Assembly: GCA_964386355.1 (NCBI GenBank)
Contig: CAYLQQ010000001.1
Location: 12,256-76,255, forward strand
DNA length: 64,000 nt
Direction of reading: 5' to 3'
DNA from: an uncultured Pseudomonadales bacterium
GTDB taxonomy: Bacteria; Patescibacteriota; Microgenomatia; UBA1400; UBA1449
Shown piece by piece: positions 38,216-47,595 of this stretch. Within the stretch, counting starts at the first letter, position 1. Each line of letters begins with the position of its first letter. The position numbers and the translations under genes are program-made. The notes under the pieces are model-generated. The model saw only the letters and a list, made by a program, of their open reading frames with translations, did no database searches and was not told the DNA's origin.

Positions 38216-39733
38216 TTATATGACAATAGAATATCTATCAAAACCAAGAGTCTTATACAATTGTTCAGATCTGCGCCGGTACCTTTCTGCTCCATCCAGA
38301 TCATCTATGTCGCAAATATTAGTAAGCCTATCATCCATGAGGTTTATCTTGTAACCACGCTCTCTGGCTATTTCAATGCCAGCAATAATACCTGTGTCTC
38401 CATTATTTGGTAATTGTAGCCATTTCCGTTTTACTTTGTCAGATAAACCAGCTGCAAGCAATTTACCCTTATTCTGCTGGGTTTCCTGCATCAGACCTCC
38501 TGAAATATAAACTTCATCTATATTTAAAGGCAGACGCATCGCAATATGTCGTCCAAGCCCACAATAGACTGCTGCAGTAACTTCAATTTTGGTTTGAATA
38601 TCGGCAGATGCAAGCTCACTCCAGCTATATGGTTTTCCGGATTCATCATATATTCCTCCTTTACATCCTGGAAACATATCTTCGGGAATAAAAAAGAAGC
38701 GATTATTTGCAAGATTTACTACGCCTTCTCCAGCCCATTCGTCAATCTTAGCAAACCAATCATTAGGGTCTTTAAACGAATGTAATTCTTTTGTCCAAAG
38801 TGGAAATAAAATATCTGTATTTACACTAGCGCCATTTATTTTCTTGTGCTTGCCATAAACATTATAATCTGGGAAAAATGCTCGTGCATAATCATTTGTA
38901 CCATAGTAAGCAAGCTTACATATTGTATCTGCTTCGATATATACTGCCCGTTCAACCTCAAGACCGCTTGAGATAATCTCATGCTCTGCCATGACTTTCA
39001 TTTGATAGTCTCCTGCTCCTCTAGCAGTTTTGCCATTTGGCAGTTGAAGGACTCGGTGCTGCCTCATGTCATATTGATGAGGAAGTAACCCCATAGCCTC
39101 CATTACTTTTGGTAATATGTTATGTGCTACATCCCATCCATAATCTCCACCAATCCATGGTTTCCATTCATGTTCATGGAAGCCATATCTCAGTCCAGTT
39201 GCAAGACGAATATAAGCTGATATCGCTGGTTCAACATATAAATCACCAACAGTAAGCTTTGGAATACCACTCTCAGCAGCAAACTTATCTAAGTTAGATA
39301 TAACCGTAGCAAAGCGAAGAAGTGGGTTTGTTTTATCTTTCCAATCGTATACTACACCAAGTGGCTTGAGTCTCTCTTTAATATCTGGGCTGATCTTGAC
39401 CGGAAATACAGTTTTTGTTGTTAATCCAATCAAGGGTAGTCCGTATGAATCTGATATGATTAACTGCCTACGATAAGAACCGGTTACTCCAATATCTACA
39501 CCATATGCATCTCTAAGCCAAGGGACAATACTTTCAAAATTAATTGCAGCCACATCTCTATTCCACATATTAACTTTATTCCTAAATCCAGGTATTCTCT
39601 GCCTGCTGCCAACTGCCGTAACCCATTCAGCAGAATAAAAATCCAATTCGTCATCAAAGTTTACATAGCCTGCTGAACGACGATAATTTGTTGAACCAAC
39701 ATCAATAGTTCTAATAATATCTGGACTTACCAT
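38216..39733 (-). CDS. Divergent FGGY/ASKHA-fold carbohydrate kinase-like protein
   Basis: N-terminal phosphate-1 motif TIDVGSTNYR, GAGD, and C-terminal EVYISGG. Length of 505 aa is typical of FGGY kinases. Confidence 0.55.
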   Translation of the reverse strand: MVSPDIIRTIDVGSTNYRRSAGYVNFDDELDFYSAEWVTAVGSRQRIPGFRNKVNMWNRDVAAINFESIVPWLRDAYGVDIGVTGSYRRQLIISDSYGLPLIGLTTKTVFPVKISPDIKERLKPLGVVYDWKDKTNPLLRFATVISNLDKFAAESGIPKLTVGDLYVEPAISAYIRLATGLRYGFHEHEWKPWIGGDYGWDVAHNILPKVMEAMGLLPHQYDMRQHRVLQLPNGKTARGAGDYQMKVMAEHEIISSGLEVERAVYIEADTICKLAYYGTNDYARAFFPDYNVYGKHKKINGASVNTDILFPLWTKELHSFKDPNDWFAKIDEWAGEGVVNLANNRFFFIPEDMFPGCKGGIYDESGKPYSWSELASADIQTKIEVTAAVYCGLGRHIAMRLPLNIDEVYISGGLMQETQQNKGKLLAAGLSDKVKRKWLQLPNNGDTGIIAGIEIARERGYKINLMDDRLTNICDIDDLDGAERYRRRSEQLYKTLGFDRYSIVI

Positions 39734-39757
39734 AAAAAAACCAACCCTATGGTTGGT
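39734..39757 (-). terminator. Terminator-like hairpin abutting the ATG of the kinase-like gene
   Basis: ACCAACC-ATAG-GGTTGGT TTTTTT ATG. The stem is identical to the one at 38020-38044. Confidence 0.75.
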
Positions 39758-39808
39758 ATAAAATAAATAAGCAAAGAAGATTACAACCCAGCCATATTCC
39801 GGATTTGG

Positions 39809-39837
39809 ATTGTATAAAGATGAAATAGAAGTGTCAA
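39809..39837 (-). promoter_or_regulatory. Sigma70 promoter
   Basis: TTGACA-17 nt-TACAAT, followed by the mini-uORF MAGL* (39781-39795). Confidence 0.7.
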
Positions 39838-39844
39838 TGATAGA

Positions 39845-40618
39845 TTATAGGCTTATGATCCCATTCAAAAGCTTCTTCATTTTTTCACTTTGAGCTTGAG
39901 CATTGGTTACCACATCTGTATGGTCATGTTTGACAAACGCGAGGTTAGTTACACATGACAGGCCTAGCACTTGTAATCCCAAACTGTTTGCCATGATCGT
40001 CTCAGGTACGGTGCTCATCCCGACACAGTCAGCTCCCAATTCAGCCAAAGCGCGCTTGTCTGCAAAACTCTCATAGTGGGGTCCGCGGACATACGCGTAT
40101 ATACCTTGCTGATATCTAATACTGTATTGTTTGTTTACCTCAATTGCTCTATTTTTCAATTCCGTATCAAATGGTTGAGACAGGTCTACAAAATGTGCTC
40201 CCTGAATCGGACTTTGGCAAAAAAGAGTGAGAATATCGTCTAAAATAACAATATCTCCCACCTGATATTCACCGTTTAAGCCGCCTGATGCAGAAGTTAT
40301 AACTACCTGTTTAACCCCTAATTGTGCGAATGCCTGAATAGGTCGGGTAACTTCCTCACTCGTATATCCTTCATAGGTGTGAAATCTTCCCGCCATGATC
40401 CAGACTGGCTTCCCTGTGAGTCTACCCAAAATAAGCTCCCCTTTGTGTCCAGCTACACCTGAGCCCTTGCCAAACATTTCATCAAACCCGAAGCGTTTTT
40501 CTACTTCCATATCTTGAACTACATCATTCCATCCAGAACCGAGAATCATGAGAGTTTCTGATCGATCGTCGAAAGAATGTAAGTTATGGATGATTTGTTC
40601 GACAGCTTGTATTGACAT
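39845..40618 (-). CDS. Purine nucleoside phosphorylase (trimeric PunA/XapA type)
   Basis: ILGSG, GHKG, GRFHTYEG, GPHYES, GADCVGMSTVPE, VTN. Confidence 0.92.
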   Translation of the reverse strand: MSIQAVEQIIHNLHSFDDRSETLMILGSGWNDVVQDMEVEKRFGFDEMFGKGSGVAGHKGELILGRLTGKPVWIMAGRFHTYEGYTSEEVTRPIQAFAQLGVKQVVITSASGGLNGEYQVGDIVILDDILTLFCQSPIQGAHFVDLSQPFDTELKNRAIEVNKQYSIRYQQGIYAYVRGPHYESFADKRALAELGADCVGMSTVPETIMANSLGLQVLGLSCVTNLAFVKHDHTDVVTNAQAQSEKMKKLLNGIISL

Positions 40619-40654
40619 TATGACTCCTACCTCCCGCTTTCAGACTACCCCTGT

Positions 40655-41260
40655 CTAGAGGGAATTTATTACAAAATATTCGACTGCTTGCCTATCAAAG
40701 CCAAAGCTGATAAATCGCTCTTTGATCTGCTCATCTCCCACACCTTCGCCTTTCCATTTAGGAGTTAGCTGGTGAATTGTTTCTCTAACCTCATAGGGAA
40801 ACACAATCCAGTCACTTGTTTGTATGCCATAGTAATCCGGTTTTATCTTTGAGTGAGGTTTATAAAAAACCGTAGCAGTTTTGATGTGCTCAATTCCTTT
40901 AGCATGCAAGTAGTCTTTTACAAACAACAGTGACTCTCCTGTATCAGCCACGTCATCAAACAGAAGTATATTTTCGCCATTGATATCAACAGGTAACTGC
41001 TGATAGATGATAGGTTTTTCGCAGCGCTCATTCACTCCGCAGTAAAACTTGACCCCGATGCTGGCAACTTCTTTTACACCCAAAAGGTCAACGAGGGAAC
41101 GTGTCATCGGCCAACCACCCTTGGCAAGCGTAACAATACGATCTATCTTGATTCCGTCTGCCTGTATCTGTTTTGCAACCTCAAATATAAACTGCTGGAG
41201 CTGGTCCCAGGATGGAGTCAGATAGCTAATACCGTTGTGAGATGAGTTGGTCGGGTGCAT
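40655..41260 (-). CDS. Type I phosphoribosyltransferase (purine/xanthine PRT-like)
   Basis: LAKGG, PRPP loop LLFDDVADTGESL, KPDYY, WIVFPYE. Confidence 0.88.
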   Translation of the reverse strand: MHPTNSSHNGISYLTPSWDQLQQFIFEVAKQIQADGIKIDRIVTLAKGGWPMTRSLVDLLGVKEVASIGVKFYCGVNERCEKPIIYQQLPVDINGENILLFDDVADTGESLLFVKDYLHAKGIEHIKTATVFYKPHSKIKPDYYGIQTSDWIVFPYEVRETIHQLTPKWKGEGVGDEQIKERFISFGFDRQAVEYFVINSL

Positions 41261-41329
41261 GGCAGGTAAAAAAGTATGTTATGGAGAATTATCATAGGAG
41301 AAAATGAAGAGTTGTGCAAAGGGGAAAAG

Positions 41330-43531
41330 CTAATCGCCACCCTGACGCTTGGCAAAATTGTATGCAGCAGTTACGTAACCACGAGGTCGCGCTGATTTAT
41401 AGGGTGCAGTTAACGAGACAATTTCATCCCATAATATTTTCGAAGCTCTAGAATCAGCTGCTCTTGTATATACATCTTCTGGCAATCCTTTAGGTACATA
41501 CAGCCTACCATTTTTTATGATTAGCATAATCATTTGCTCAGGTGCTTGAAAAGCCAATCGGACTAACGCATTCTTAGCTCCCTCATCTAGTATTCGCAGC
41601 CACGCCCGCGGACCAATACCCCCAGCAATAGGTAGATAGTCATCTTGCCAATAGTTAGCTTGAGATGCATCCATCATTCTGGCTAAAACCATTCCATTAG
41701 ATACAGTCCAATTTCCTATTTGGGGATTAGTTACATCTGGGGCTTTTTTAACATCCTCTGGAGCATAGCCAACAGTGTCTCTAGCATATTTCTTGATTAT
41801 AGATCCTAAATCATTCAGCAACTCATCGCGCGCGCGACCAATCAAACCTAAATGATCAGCTAATGATTCAATAGTATTTCCACCAGCTTGCTCGTTTACC
41901 ATCTGCCTCATATCTCTCCAATCTAATCCTAATTTTTCCCAATATGATTCCCAATCAACATGCAACGGGTTCCACGTAACTACTTGTAGTTGCCTTAATG
42001 CATGGTGTCTACTAGCTGTTTGTTCATCTAGTATCCTAAGCACTAATTGCTTATATAACATTTGTTTATACGGATCTGGTTCAAGCCGATCAATATCTTG
42101 GGTGAGCATACCTAATCTCTCCTCTGGATTTGTAAGTAATCTTACTATGCTTACTGGTATTTGACGCTCAGTGTTGGGATTTTTAGTACCGGTGATTAGA
42201 AAATCTAGAGCTGCACCCCAGGAATCTACATCATGTAAAAAGACATGCATTTGCTTGTCTTGACAGGTATAGGCAATTTCAACTGATAAGCTTCCAAGCA
42301 AACCAGGATCAGCAGCCAAAAACCCTGCCCATAAACGCTCAATTGCCTGTCCTTCTGCTTTAAGTGCTTGTGCAACTGTAAATATAGTTAGCTCTTCTAT
42401 ATCCTGCCTTTCAAGTACTTGATCAATATTCACATCTTCCCAATCTCTAATAACCAGATTACCTGTTGAGTCAAAAACAAAATCTAGGTTTACCTCTTTA
42501 TATGGGGTTCTTGCATGAGCATTGCTTTCTTTTTCACCCTGAACAACGCGATTTGGTTTATCCCCATATACCACAGCTGCTTTGACTTTGAATACTGTCT
42601 GACCTTTTTGGTCGACAATATCTTGCAGCTCAAACCTCATGTTTCCCCCAAGGGTAGATGCCACTGCTTCACTGGCAAAGCCTTTCAGTGCGGTTAGCTC
42701 ATCAGATTTGTGCAGCACAAATACGTTCATGTGATATCCTGGATTACGTCTGATAATTTGCTCTGCCATTTTTTCTAAATATTCTTTTTGTAAGCTTGGT
42801 AAGATTTCAAAACCTGGCAGTGAGCTGCTAAATTCATCCCCTTCTCTGGGGCATAACCTGACATATAACCCATGGCCTTTTTGTGACTCCTCCTCAAAAA
42901 ACCCAGCTAAATTAGCAATTTCTCCTGTTACGGTTTCATAAATTTCTCCTCGCACTCTTGCCCCTGAAACACTTCTAATTGTCTCGCCTTGTTCTGTCAG
43001 AGCATCATTAGTTGCTATTACATCATTAATAACGTAATCAAGAAGCGGATCATGAGTTTGGGCGACAGTTCTCACGAGCCCTCGCTTAAGTACTTTAACG
43101 TGCAGATTAGGACTTTCTGGTGAGGGTAAATGGAGAAGCTCCCTAACCCTTGTCAATAACTCTTTTGGTCTGTTTAAGAGAGGGCCTTTTCTGGGATCTC
43201 TTACATCTATACTTGCTGGAGATGCAAATACAGTGTCAGGCTGTTCATCATCCAAGCTGACTTGCACACCTGCATTAGCCGGCATATCCGTATCTTCATA
43301 TATAGTAGTTTGTTTTCCTGAACCATTCCTACCATCTCCTCTGCCATCAGAAAAACTACCAACTACTGCTACATCGGAGGATGAATTATTACCAGAATAA
43401 ACATAGCGGGGTTCACCGCCAGACTCTCCAATGCAAACTAAAACAGCTTGATCAGGAGCAATTTGTAGATCAGCTCCCTCTTGTCCACTTGAAATAACAA
43501 CTTGTTCGGATACACGCTCTTGATGAGCCAT
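41330..43531 (-). CDS. Large hypothetical protein with a possible degenerate PEP-synthase/PPDK N-terminal (ATP-grasp) domain
   Basis: LYVRLCPREGDEFSSSLPG (cf. VRSS..ED...S.AG), VYGDKPNRVVQGE (cf. GLGE.VV.G), VEIAY (cf. DIEW). The ORF itself is solid but the domain call is tentative. Confidence 0.45.
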   Translation of the reverse strand: MAHQERVSEQVVISSGQEGADLQIAPDQAVLVCIGESGGEPRYVYSGNNSSSDVAVVGSFSDGRGDGRNGSGKQTTIYEDTDMPANAGVQVSLDDEQPDTVFASPASIDVRDPRKGPLLNRPKELLTRVRELLHLPSPESPNLHVKVLKRGLVRTVAQTHDPLLDYVINDVIATNDALTEQGETIRSVSGARVRGEIYETVTGEIANLAGFFEEESQKGHGLYVRLCPREGDEFSSSLPGFEILPSLQKEYLEKMAEQIIRRNPGYHMNVFVLHKSDELTALKGFASEAVASTLGGNMRFELQDIVDQKGQTVFKVKAAVVYGDKPNRVVQGEKESNAHARTPYKEVNLDFVFDSTGNLVIRDWEDVNIDQVLERQDIEELTIFTVAQALKAEGQAIERLWAGFLAADPGLLGSLSVEIAYTCQDKQMHVFLHDVDSWGAALDFLITGTKNPNTERQIPVSIVRLLTNPEERLGMLTQDIDRLEPDPYKQMLYKQLVLRILDEQTASRHHALRQLQVVTWNPLHVDWESYWEKLGLDWRDMRQMVNEQAGGNTIESLADHLGLIGRARDELLNDLGSIIKKYARDTVGYAPEDVKKAPDVTNPQIGNWTVSNGMVLARMMDASQANYWQDDYLPIAGGIGPRAWLRILDEGAKNALVRLAFQAPEQMIMLIIKNGRLYVPKGLPEDVYTRAADSRASKILWDEIVSLTAPYKSARPRGYVTAAYNFAKRQGGD

Positions 43532-43650
43532 AAAATAGAATTTAAATTCTGTGCGTACTTTATCAAAAAGTGTGTGAGAATTACGTTAAATTATTGAAGT
43601 ATTATACATCTGCTTGTCAAATGAAGCAAAATATTAGAAACACACATAGT

Positions 43651-44379
43651 TTATGTTATCAATTTTCTTCTTTTTATTTCTTTAAGTCTTCGAAGGGAAC
43701 CCATCATCTCTTGAAAGTCTTGCTGAACCAACTCTCTTGCAGTCGCATTTTGTCTTAAAGTAGGTTTTATAGCCATTAACACCTCTGGTCCTGATTCATC
43801 TGGATATAATGGTGCTGTATCAAGACCTACTTTTATACAGGCGTCATAAAATTCATTCATTGGTTGTTCATTAAATCTATTTGGTTCAAACTGATTACGA
43901 AATACTGCTTTAAGAACTCCTCCTGGTGTTAATTTTCTGAATATAGTTTCTATTGCTCTTCTAGGTAATGTACTATACCCCAAAGAATGAACAGCTAAAA
44001 AACAACCTACAGAATTATCATCGTATGGATCTAACGATTCTACTGATGTTATATCTATATTTTCTCTTCCGAAAAACTGTTCATGTTCAGGTATATGAGT
44101 AAGTGCAGTTGCTCTGAATTGTAGACTATGACCTTCATAGGCTTGCGAAAGATCACTTATACCTTCTGATGTTCCACAACCAATATCTACTACTAATTTA
44201 TGCGGAAGTTGTGCAATATACCCAATGGTTGAATCTAGACCCAATAACACCGTAACATACGCACTACCATCTCTATCAACAGTATAAGATTCCTCAGGGT
44301 TATCTAATTCAAGAGCTACCGCTCTAGTTGTTTGTTGAAGTACCATTTCTCTTTCTTGTGGTAATAAGACCATAATCAA
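43651..44379 (-). CDS. Class I SAM-dependent methyltransferase-like protein
   Basis: VVDIGCGT (motif I), LDPYDDNSV, IFRKLTPGG. Confidence 0.75.
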   Translation of the reverse strand: MIMVLLPQEREMVLQQTTRAVALELDNPEESYTVDRDGSAYVTVLLGLDSTIGYIAQLPHKLVVDIGCGTSEGISDLSQAYEGHSLQFRATALTHIPEHEQFFGRENIDITSVESLDPYDDNSVGCFLAVHSLGYSTLPRRAIETIFRKLTPGGVLKAVFRNQFEPNRFNEQPMNEFYDACIKVGLDTAPLYPDESGPEVLMAIKPTLRQNATARELVQQDFQEMMGSLRRLKEIKRRKLIT

Positions 44380-44409
44380 TAATTATACAGTATAATCCTA
44401 TATTATTTT

Positions 44410-45720
44410 TCAATTTCTCTTTTTTCTTTTATGTTCAGCAACTCCTGTTGCTCTTTTAAACATTAATTGTAATCTATTAGCTAAACTTTCTTCCAGATCA
44501 TCTACATCGTCTCCAACAAAATCCGTATTAGCAAAACGCTGTACGACACAAGAGCCTCTTTTCTTAACGTCATAGTCAAGCTTATCTAGAGCAGCTTTGA
44601 TTACCCAATATCTATGTGGTGCCGACCCGAGCACGGCCATGTCTTTCATAAACATATATGCAGCATTTGCGGGATCTGCAGCCAAAAGATTATCCACAAG
44701 TAGAATATGTCTGCGTGCAATTGGATGCTCTGATTCAAACCCTCCGTTCGCAAAAGGGTTTATTTCCATTGATAAAATTTCTTCTGGTAACAACGGTGTC
44801 ATGAGAAGTTGGTGTCTTGTTCGAAATACAACTCCCTTAACAGGAGTATCCTCTTCAATAGGCCATATAACCCTTTTATTTGAACCATTCTTTTTGGGCT
44901 TTGATTTTTCTAGAGCAGGATCATATTCGGGCATTCTAAATAAACAGACAGCTTCACCGAAGTTTATATGAACCTCAAATAATGAAGTTGGATCTCTAAA
45001 AAGAGTTGAAAATAATAGTAGTTGTCTAGTTTTTGTCTCTTCTTTGCTTTCGCCTTCTTTAGGTTTATGAAGAGCGGTTATTTGACCTGTTAAAGGATCT
45101 TTGACTGTGACTATTACATCTCCACCTAAAGATAATACATATGGCGATCCAGGTGTATCAGCTACAATACCTGCTCTTTCATCTTGTAAGTTCCTAATAA
45201 GAGCTCGAATGTCCGTGCATCCCTGCATATCCCTAGCTTTAGAATATGCTACTACACCGGCGGCGGCATCAAAGTGATTCAATTCTGCACCCGGTTTACA
45301 TTTAGATCCTGCCACAAATACTCCCGGCGCTAAATAACCCATACCTGCAATTGTGTTTACCACCTTACTTGATTCTCTTTCTGAACGAGCTAGGACTGCT
45401 GCAACCTGGTTTCCTTGTAGTCTTTCACGAACCTGCTCCATCTCAGTACGTACCTTTGGGTCTTTCATTATATGTTCGAGAAAACCAGGTATACCTCGCG
45501 TAACTTCTCTTTTGAATTCATCTAAATCAAAATGTACTATGGGATGCATATCAATCATCTTTATATATGGATCAACTTTTTCTCTAATATACCTAGCTAG
45601 ATCTTTTTCAGGAGATGAACATTGTGCACCGTCAACTTGGGTATGACCGTTTCTATTCTCCCCGAACGCTACAGGTACTGAGTTGCATTGTAATAATGAT
45701 CGTAAGTCAACAGGTAACAT
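44410..45720 (-). CDS. Divergent Maf/ITPase-fold protein (long paralog)
   Basis: YSKA and LGGDVIV...ALHKP resemble the Maf KA and GADTxV...LxKP signatures. Confidence 0.45.
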   Translation of the reverse strand: MLPVDLRSLLQCNSVPVAFGENRNGHTQVDGAQCSSPEKDLARYIREKVDPYIKMIDMHPIVHFDLDEFKREVTRGIPGFLEHIMKDPKVRTEMEQVRERLQGNQVAAVLARSERESSKVVNTIAGMGYLAPGVFVAGSKCKPGAELNHFDAAAGVVAYSKARDMQGCTDIRALIRNLQDERAGIVADTPGSPYVLSLGGDVIVTVKDPLTGQITALHKPKEGESKEETKTRQLLLFSTLFRDPTSLFEVHINFGEAVCLFRMPEYDPALEKSKPKKNGSNKRVIWPIEEDTPVKGVVFRTRHQLLMTPLLPEEILSMEINPFANGGFESEHPIARRHILLVDNLLAADPANAAYMFMKDMAVLGSAPHRYWVIKAALDKLDYDVKKRGSCVVQRFANTDFVGDDVDDLEESLANRLQLMFKRATGVAEHKRKKRN

Positions 45721-45725
45721 ATTAC

Positions 45726-45751
45726 AAAAAACCGCCCTAAAAGAGCGGTTT
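45726..45751 (-). terminator. Terminator-like hairpin upstream of the ATG at 45720
   Basis: AAACCGCTC-TTTTA-GGGCGGTTT TTT GTAAT ATG. Confidence 0.75.
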
Positions 45752-45796
45752 ATTAATACACAGTATATATGTTTGGTAACATTGTTTGCCAGCCAT
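45737..45796 (-). CDS. Putative leaderless leader peptide, 19 aa (MAGKQCYQTYILCINKPLF)
   Basis: ATG lies 5 nt after the -10 of promoter TTGACA(45825-30)-17 nt-GACAAT(45802-07). The stop codon is at the hairpin loop. Confidence 0.5.
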   Translation of the reverse strand: MAGKQCYQTYILCINKPLF

Positions 45797-45869
45797 ATGG
45801 TATTGTCTGATACGGCTGAGCCTATGTCAAGCAGAGCTTAGGCTTATAATAACTATCATTCTATAATGT

Positions 45870-46625
45870 TTATTTCTGTTTCATGCCTTGAGCTGTATAT
45901 TGTTCCAACGCCTCTACCGCAGGCTTTCCGCCACTAAATATCACTTTGTACAAGAGGAAAGGATCAGGCTTAATCCTATCTACTAGTGTTACCGGCGTCA
46001 TTGAACCATCTGGTAGCAGGTGAGTGGTACATATCTCCATACTTCCCCTTGTTGATGTAAGTAATTCCCAACCGATATCAGTTATAGGTAATGATCCAGC
46101 AACCTCGAGCACATAACCAGTGTGATCCACTAGACGTTTTGCATCAGCATGGGGAAAGGCATGTAGCTGAGTTTCAATAATTGTTACATCTGTTGTTGGT
46201 CTAAAACCGTTGCGACCAAAATAGGTAGTGGCAGCACAGTCATATACGGTAGTGTCATTATGTGTCAATAATGCCAGTTGTTCTAAAGCTCTTTCTGGTG
46301 TTCCGGGTTTTTCCAATGTTACCCATCGGCCATTAATTAAAACTACCCTCACTGTATCTGCAGTCTGAAATACGCATTCTTCTCCTCCCGCCTCTTTTGA
46401 AGTCAGAATTTGTTTTGCGGCAGTAGCTTTTGCATCTGACATCCATGCTACATACTGAGCTGGGTCGGCAGGCCTGCGAGCTAGTACGTCTTTTCTGATC
46501 CCATATTCATCAAACACGCCTTCGGGTGAAACTGGGGCAAGATGCAAACCAACAGCCCTTGCTTTCCATCCTGCAATAGCAAGCCGATGATGGGCAGATG
46601 TTACTGGAGAGAATTCTTTAAACAT
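45870..46625 (-). CDS. Maf-family nucleoside triphosphate pyrophosphatase-like protein
   Basis: S..HR, FDE, DAKA, TADTV...TLEKPGTPERALEQL, AGSLPI. Confidence 0.75.
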   Translation of the reverse strand: MFKEFSPVTSAHHRLAIAGWKARAVGLHLAPVSPEGVFDEYGIRKDVLARRPADPAQYVAWMSDAKATAAKQILTSKEAGGEECVFQTADTVRVVLINGRWVTLEKPGTPERALEQLALLTHNDTTVYDCAATTYFGRNGFRPTTDVTIIETQLHAFPHADAKRLVDHTGYVLEVAGSLPITDIGWELLTSTRGSMEICTTHLLPDGSMTPVTLVDRIKPDPFLLYKVIFSGGKPAVEALEQYTAQGMKQK

Positions 46626-46627
46626 AC

Positions 46628-46654
46628 AAAAAACCCGCCTTGAACGTGCGGGTT
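46628..46654 (-). terminator. Terminator-like hairpin upstream of the ATG at 46625
   Basis: AACCCGC-ACGTTCAAG-GCGGGTT TTTT GT ATG. Confidence 0.75.
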
Positions 46655-46697
46655 AGAAATACAATTTTGACTTAAGTTTATAACGCGGTGGATACAT
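46653..46697 (-). CDS. Putative leaderless leader peptide, 14 aa (MYPPRYKLKSKLYF)
   Basis: ATG lies 5 nt after the -10 of promoter TTGACG(46727-32)-18 nt-CATAAT(46703-08). The TAA overlaps the 5' arm of the hairpin. Confidence 0.5.
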   Translation of the reverse strand: MYPPRYKLKSKLYF

Positions 46698-46728
46698 GAC
46701 TCATTATGCCTAATGAGTAACTGATACG

Positions 46729-47541
46729 TCAAGTATAAAATTGTTGAGGTATAGCTTCCAAACCGGGACGCACACCTGTATAGCTTGGCATACGAGCAAG
46801 TTCGTTGCGGATAATGTGACAAAACTGAGCTGCTACCACAGGCAACTGACCATCTACATTAAGAAGTACAAACTTTGACAAAGTAACTCCTCTCATATCT
46901 TCATCAATTTTCCTTAAGCGATCTCTCACTTGTTCAGGGGAAGATCCTGGACGATTACGTAAACGGTTCTCTAAAACTTCCTTTGATTCTGGCATAACAA
47001 AAATTGGAACTATTGCTGTATTTCTTAGTATTTGGTTACCTTGCCATAGTTCCAGTACACGCTGTGCTCCATCATGTTCAACCCGCAACACAGAAATTCC
47101 ATTATGTCTTTCTACTCGCTCTAATTCAGTAAAACTTGTACCCTTAAAATCATCAACTCCATAAGGTATATGTTCAACAAATTTGTGATTTACTATCATT
47201 TGTCCAAATGTTTCCTTATTAACAAAATGGTAATGTACCCCGTCAATCTCGCCCGGCCTTGTTTTACGCGTTGTATGAGTGACAATCCGTTGCAACAATC
47301 CTCGTGACTCAAGTTGTTCGAGAATCCCATCTTTTCCGGCTCCTGATAATCCCATGAGAATAACCATTAATGAATGGGCGAAAGTTAATCGCTCTGGAGT
47401 ATTAAGTTCACTACTTGAAACTCTATATACATACGGTATCTCAAAAGATAAACCCACTCCTTGGTCTTCAACTTGCATTTCATACCAGGTTTGAAACTGA
47501 GTAATAACGTTTGGTACTCTTGGTACTCTTTCTTGAGACAT
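46729..47541 (-). CDS. gmk: Guanylate kinase with an N-terminal extension
   Basis: GLSGAGKD, THTTRKTRPGEIDGVHYHFV, FVEH, IFVMP. Confidence 0.88.
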   Translation of the reverse strand: MSQERVPRVPNVITQFQTWYEMQVEDQGVGLSFEIPYVYRVSSSELNTPERLTFAHSLMVILMGLSGAGKDGILEQLESRGLLQRIVTHTTRKTRPGEIDGVHYHFVNKETFGQMIVNHKFVEHIPYGVDDFKGTSFTELERVERHNGISVLRVEHDGAQRVLELWQGNQILRNTAIVPIFVMPESKEVLENRLRNRPGSSPEQVRDRLRKIDEDMRGVTLSKFVLLNVDGQLPVVAAQFCHIIRNELARMPSYTGVRPGLEAIPQQFYT

Positions 47542-47595
47542 AACCGAAGAATTATACCAGAGAGAGAAGAAATATTCAGAGAGGAAGTAGTATGT

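Noticed and set aside
38056-38413. Track ORFs 38056..38304 (-) and 38183..38413 (+)
   Set aside because: They overlap the kinase-like gene and run through the promoter and hairpins. No protein-like motifs.
39775-39815. Purine riboswitch: hairpin CCGG-AAUAUGG-CUGG resembles P2/L2
   Set aside because: The following J2/3 (UUUCUAC) and P3/L3 (CCGUAAA) elements are absent, and the putative P1 would overlap the -10 element.
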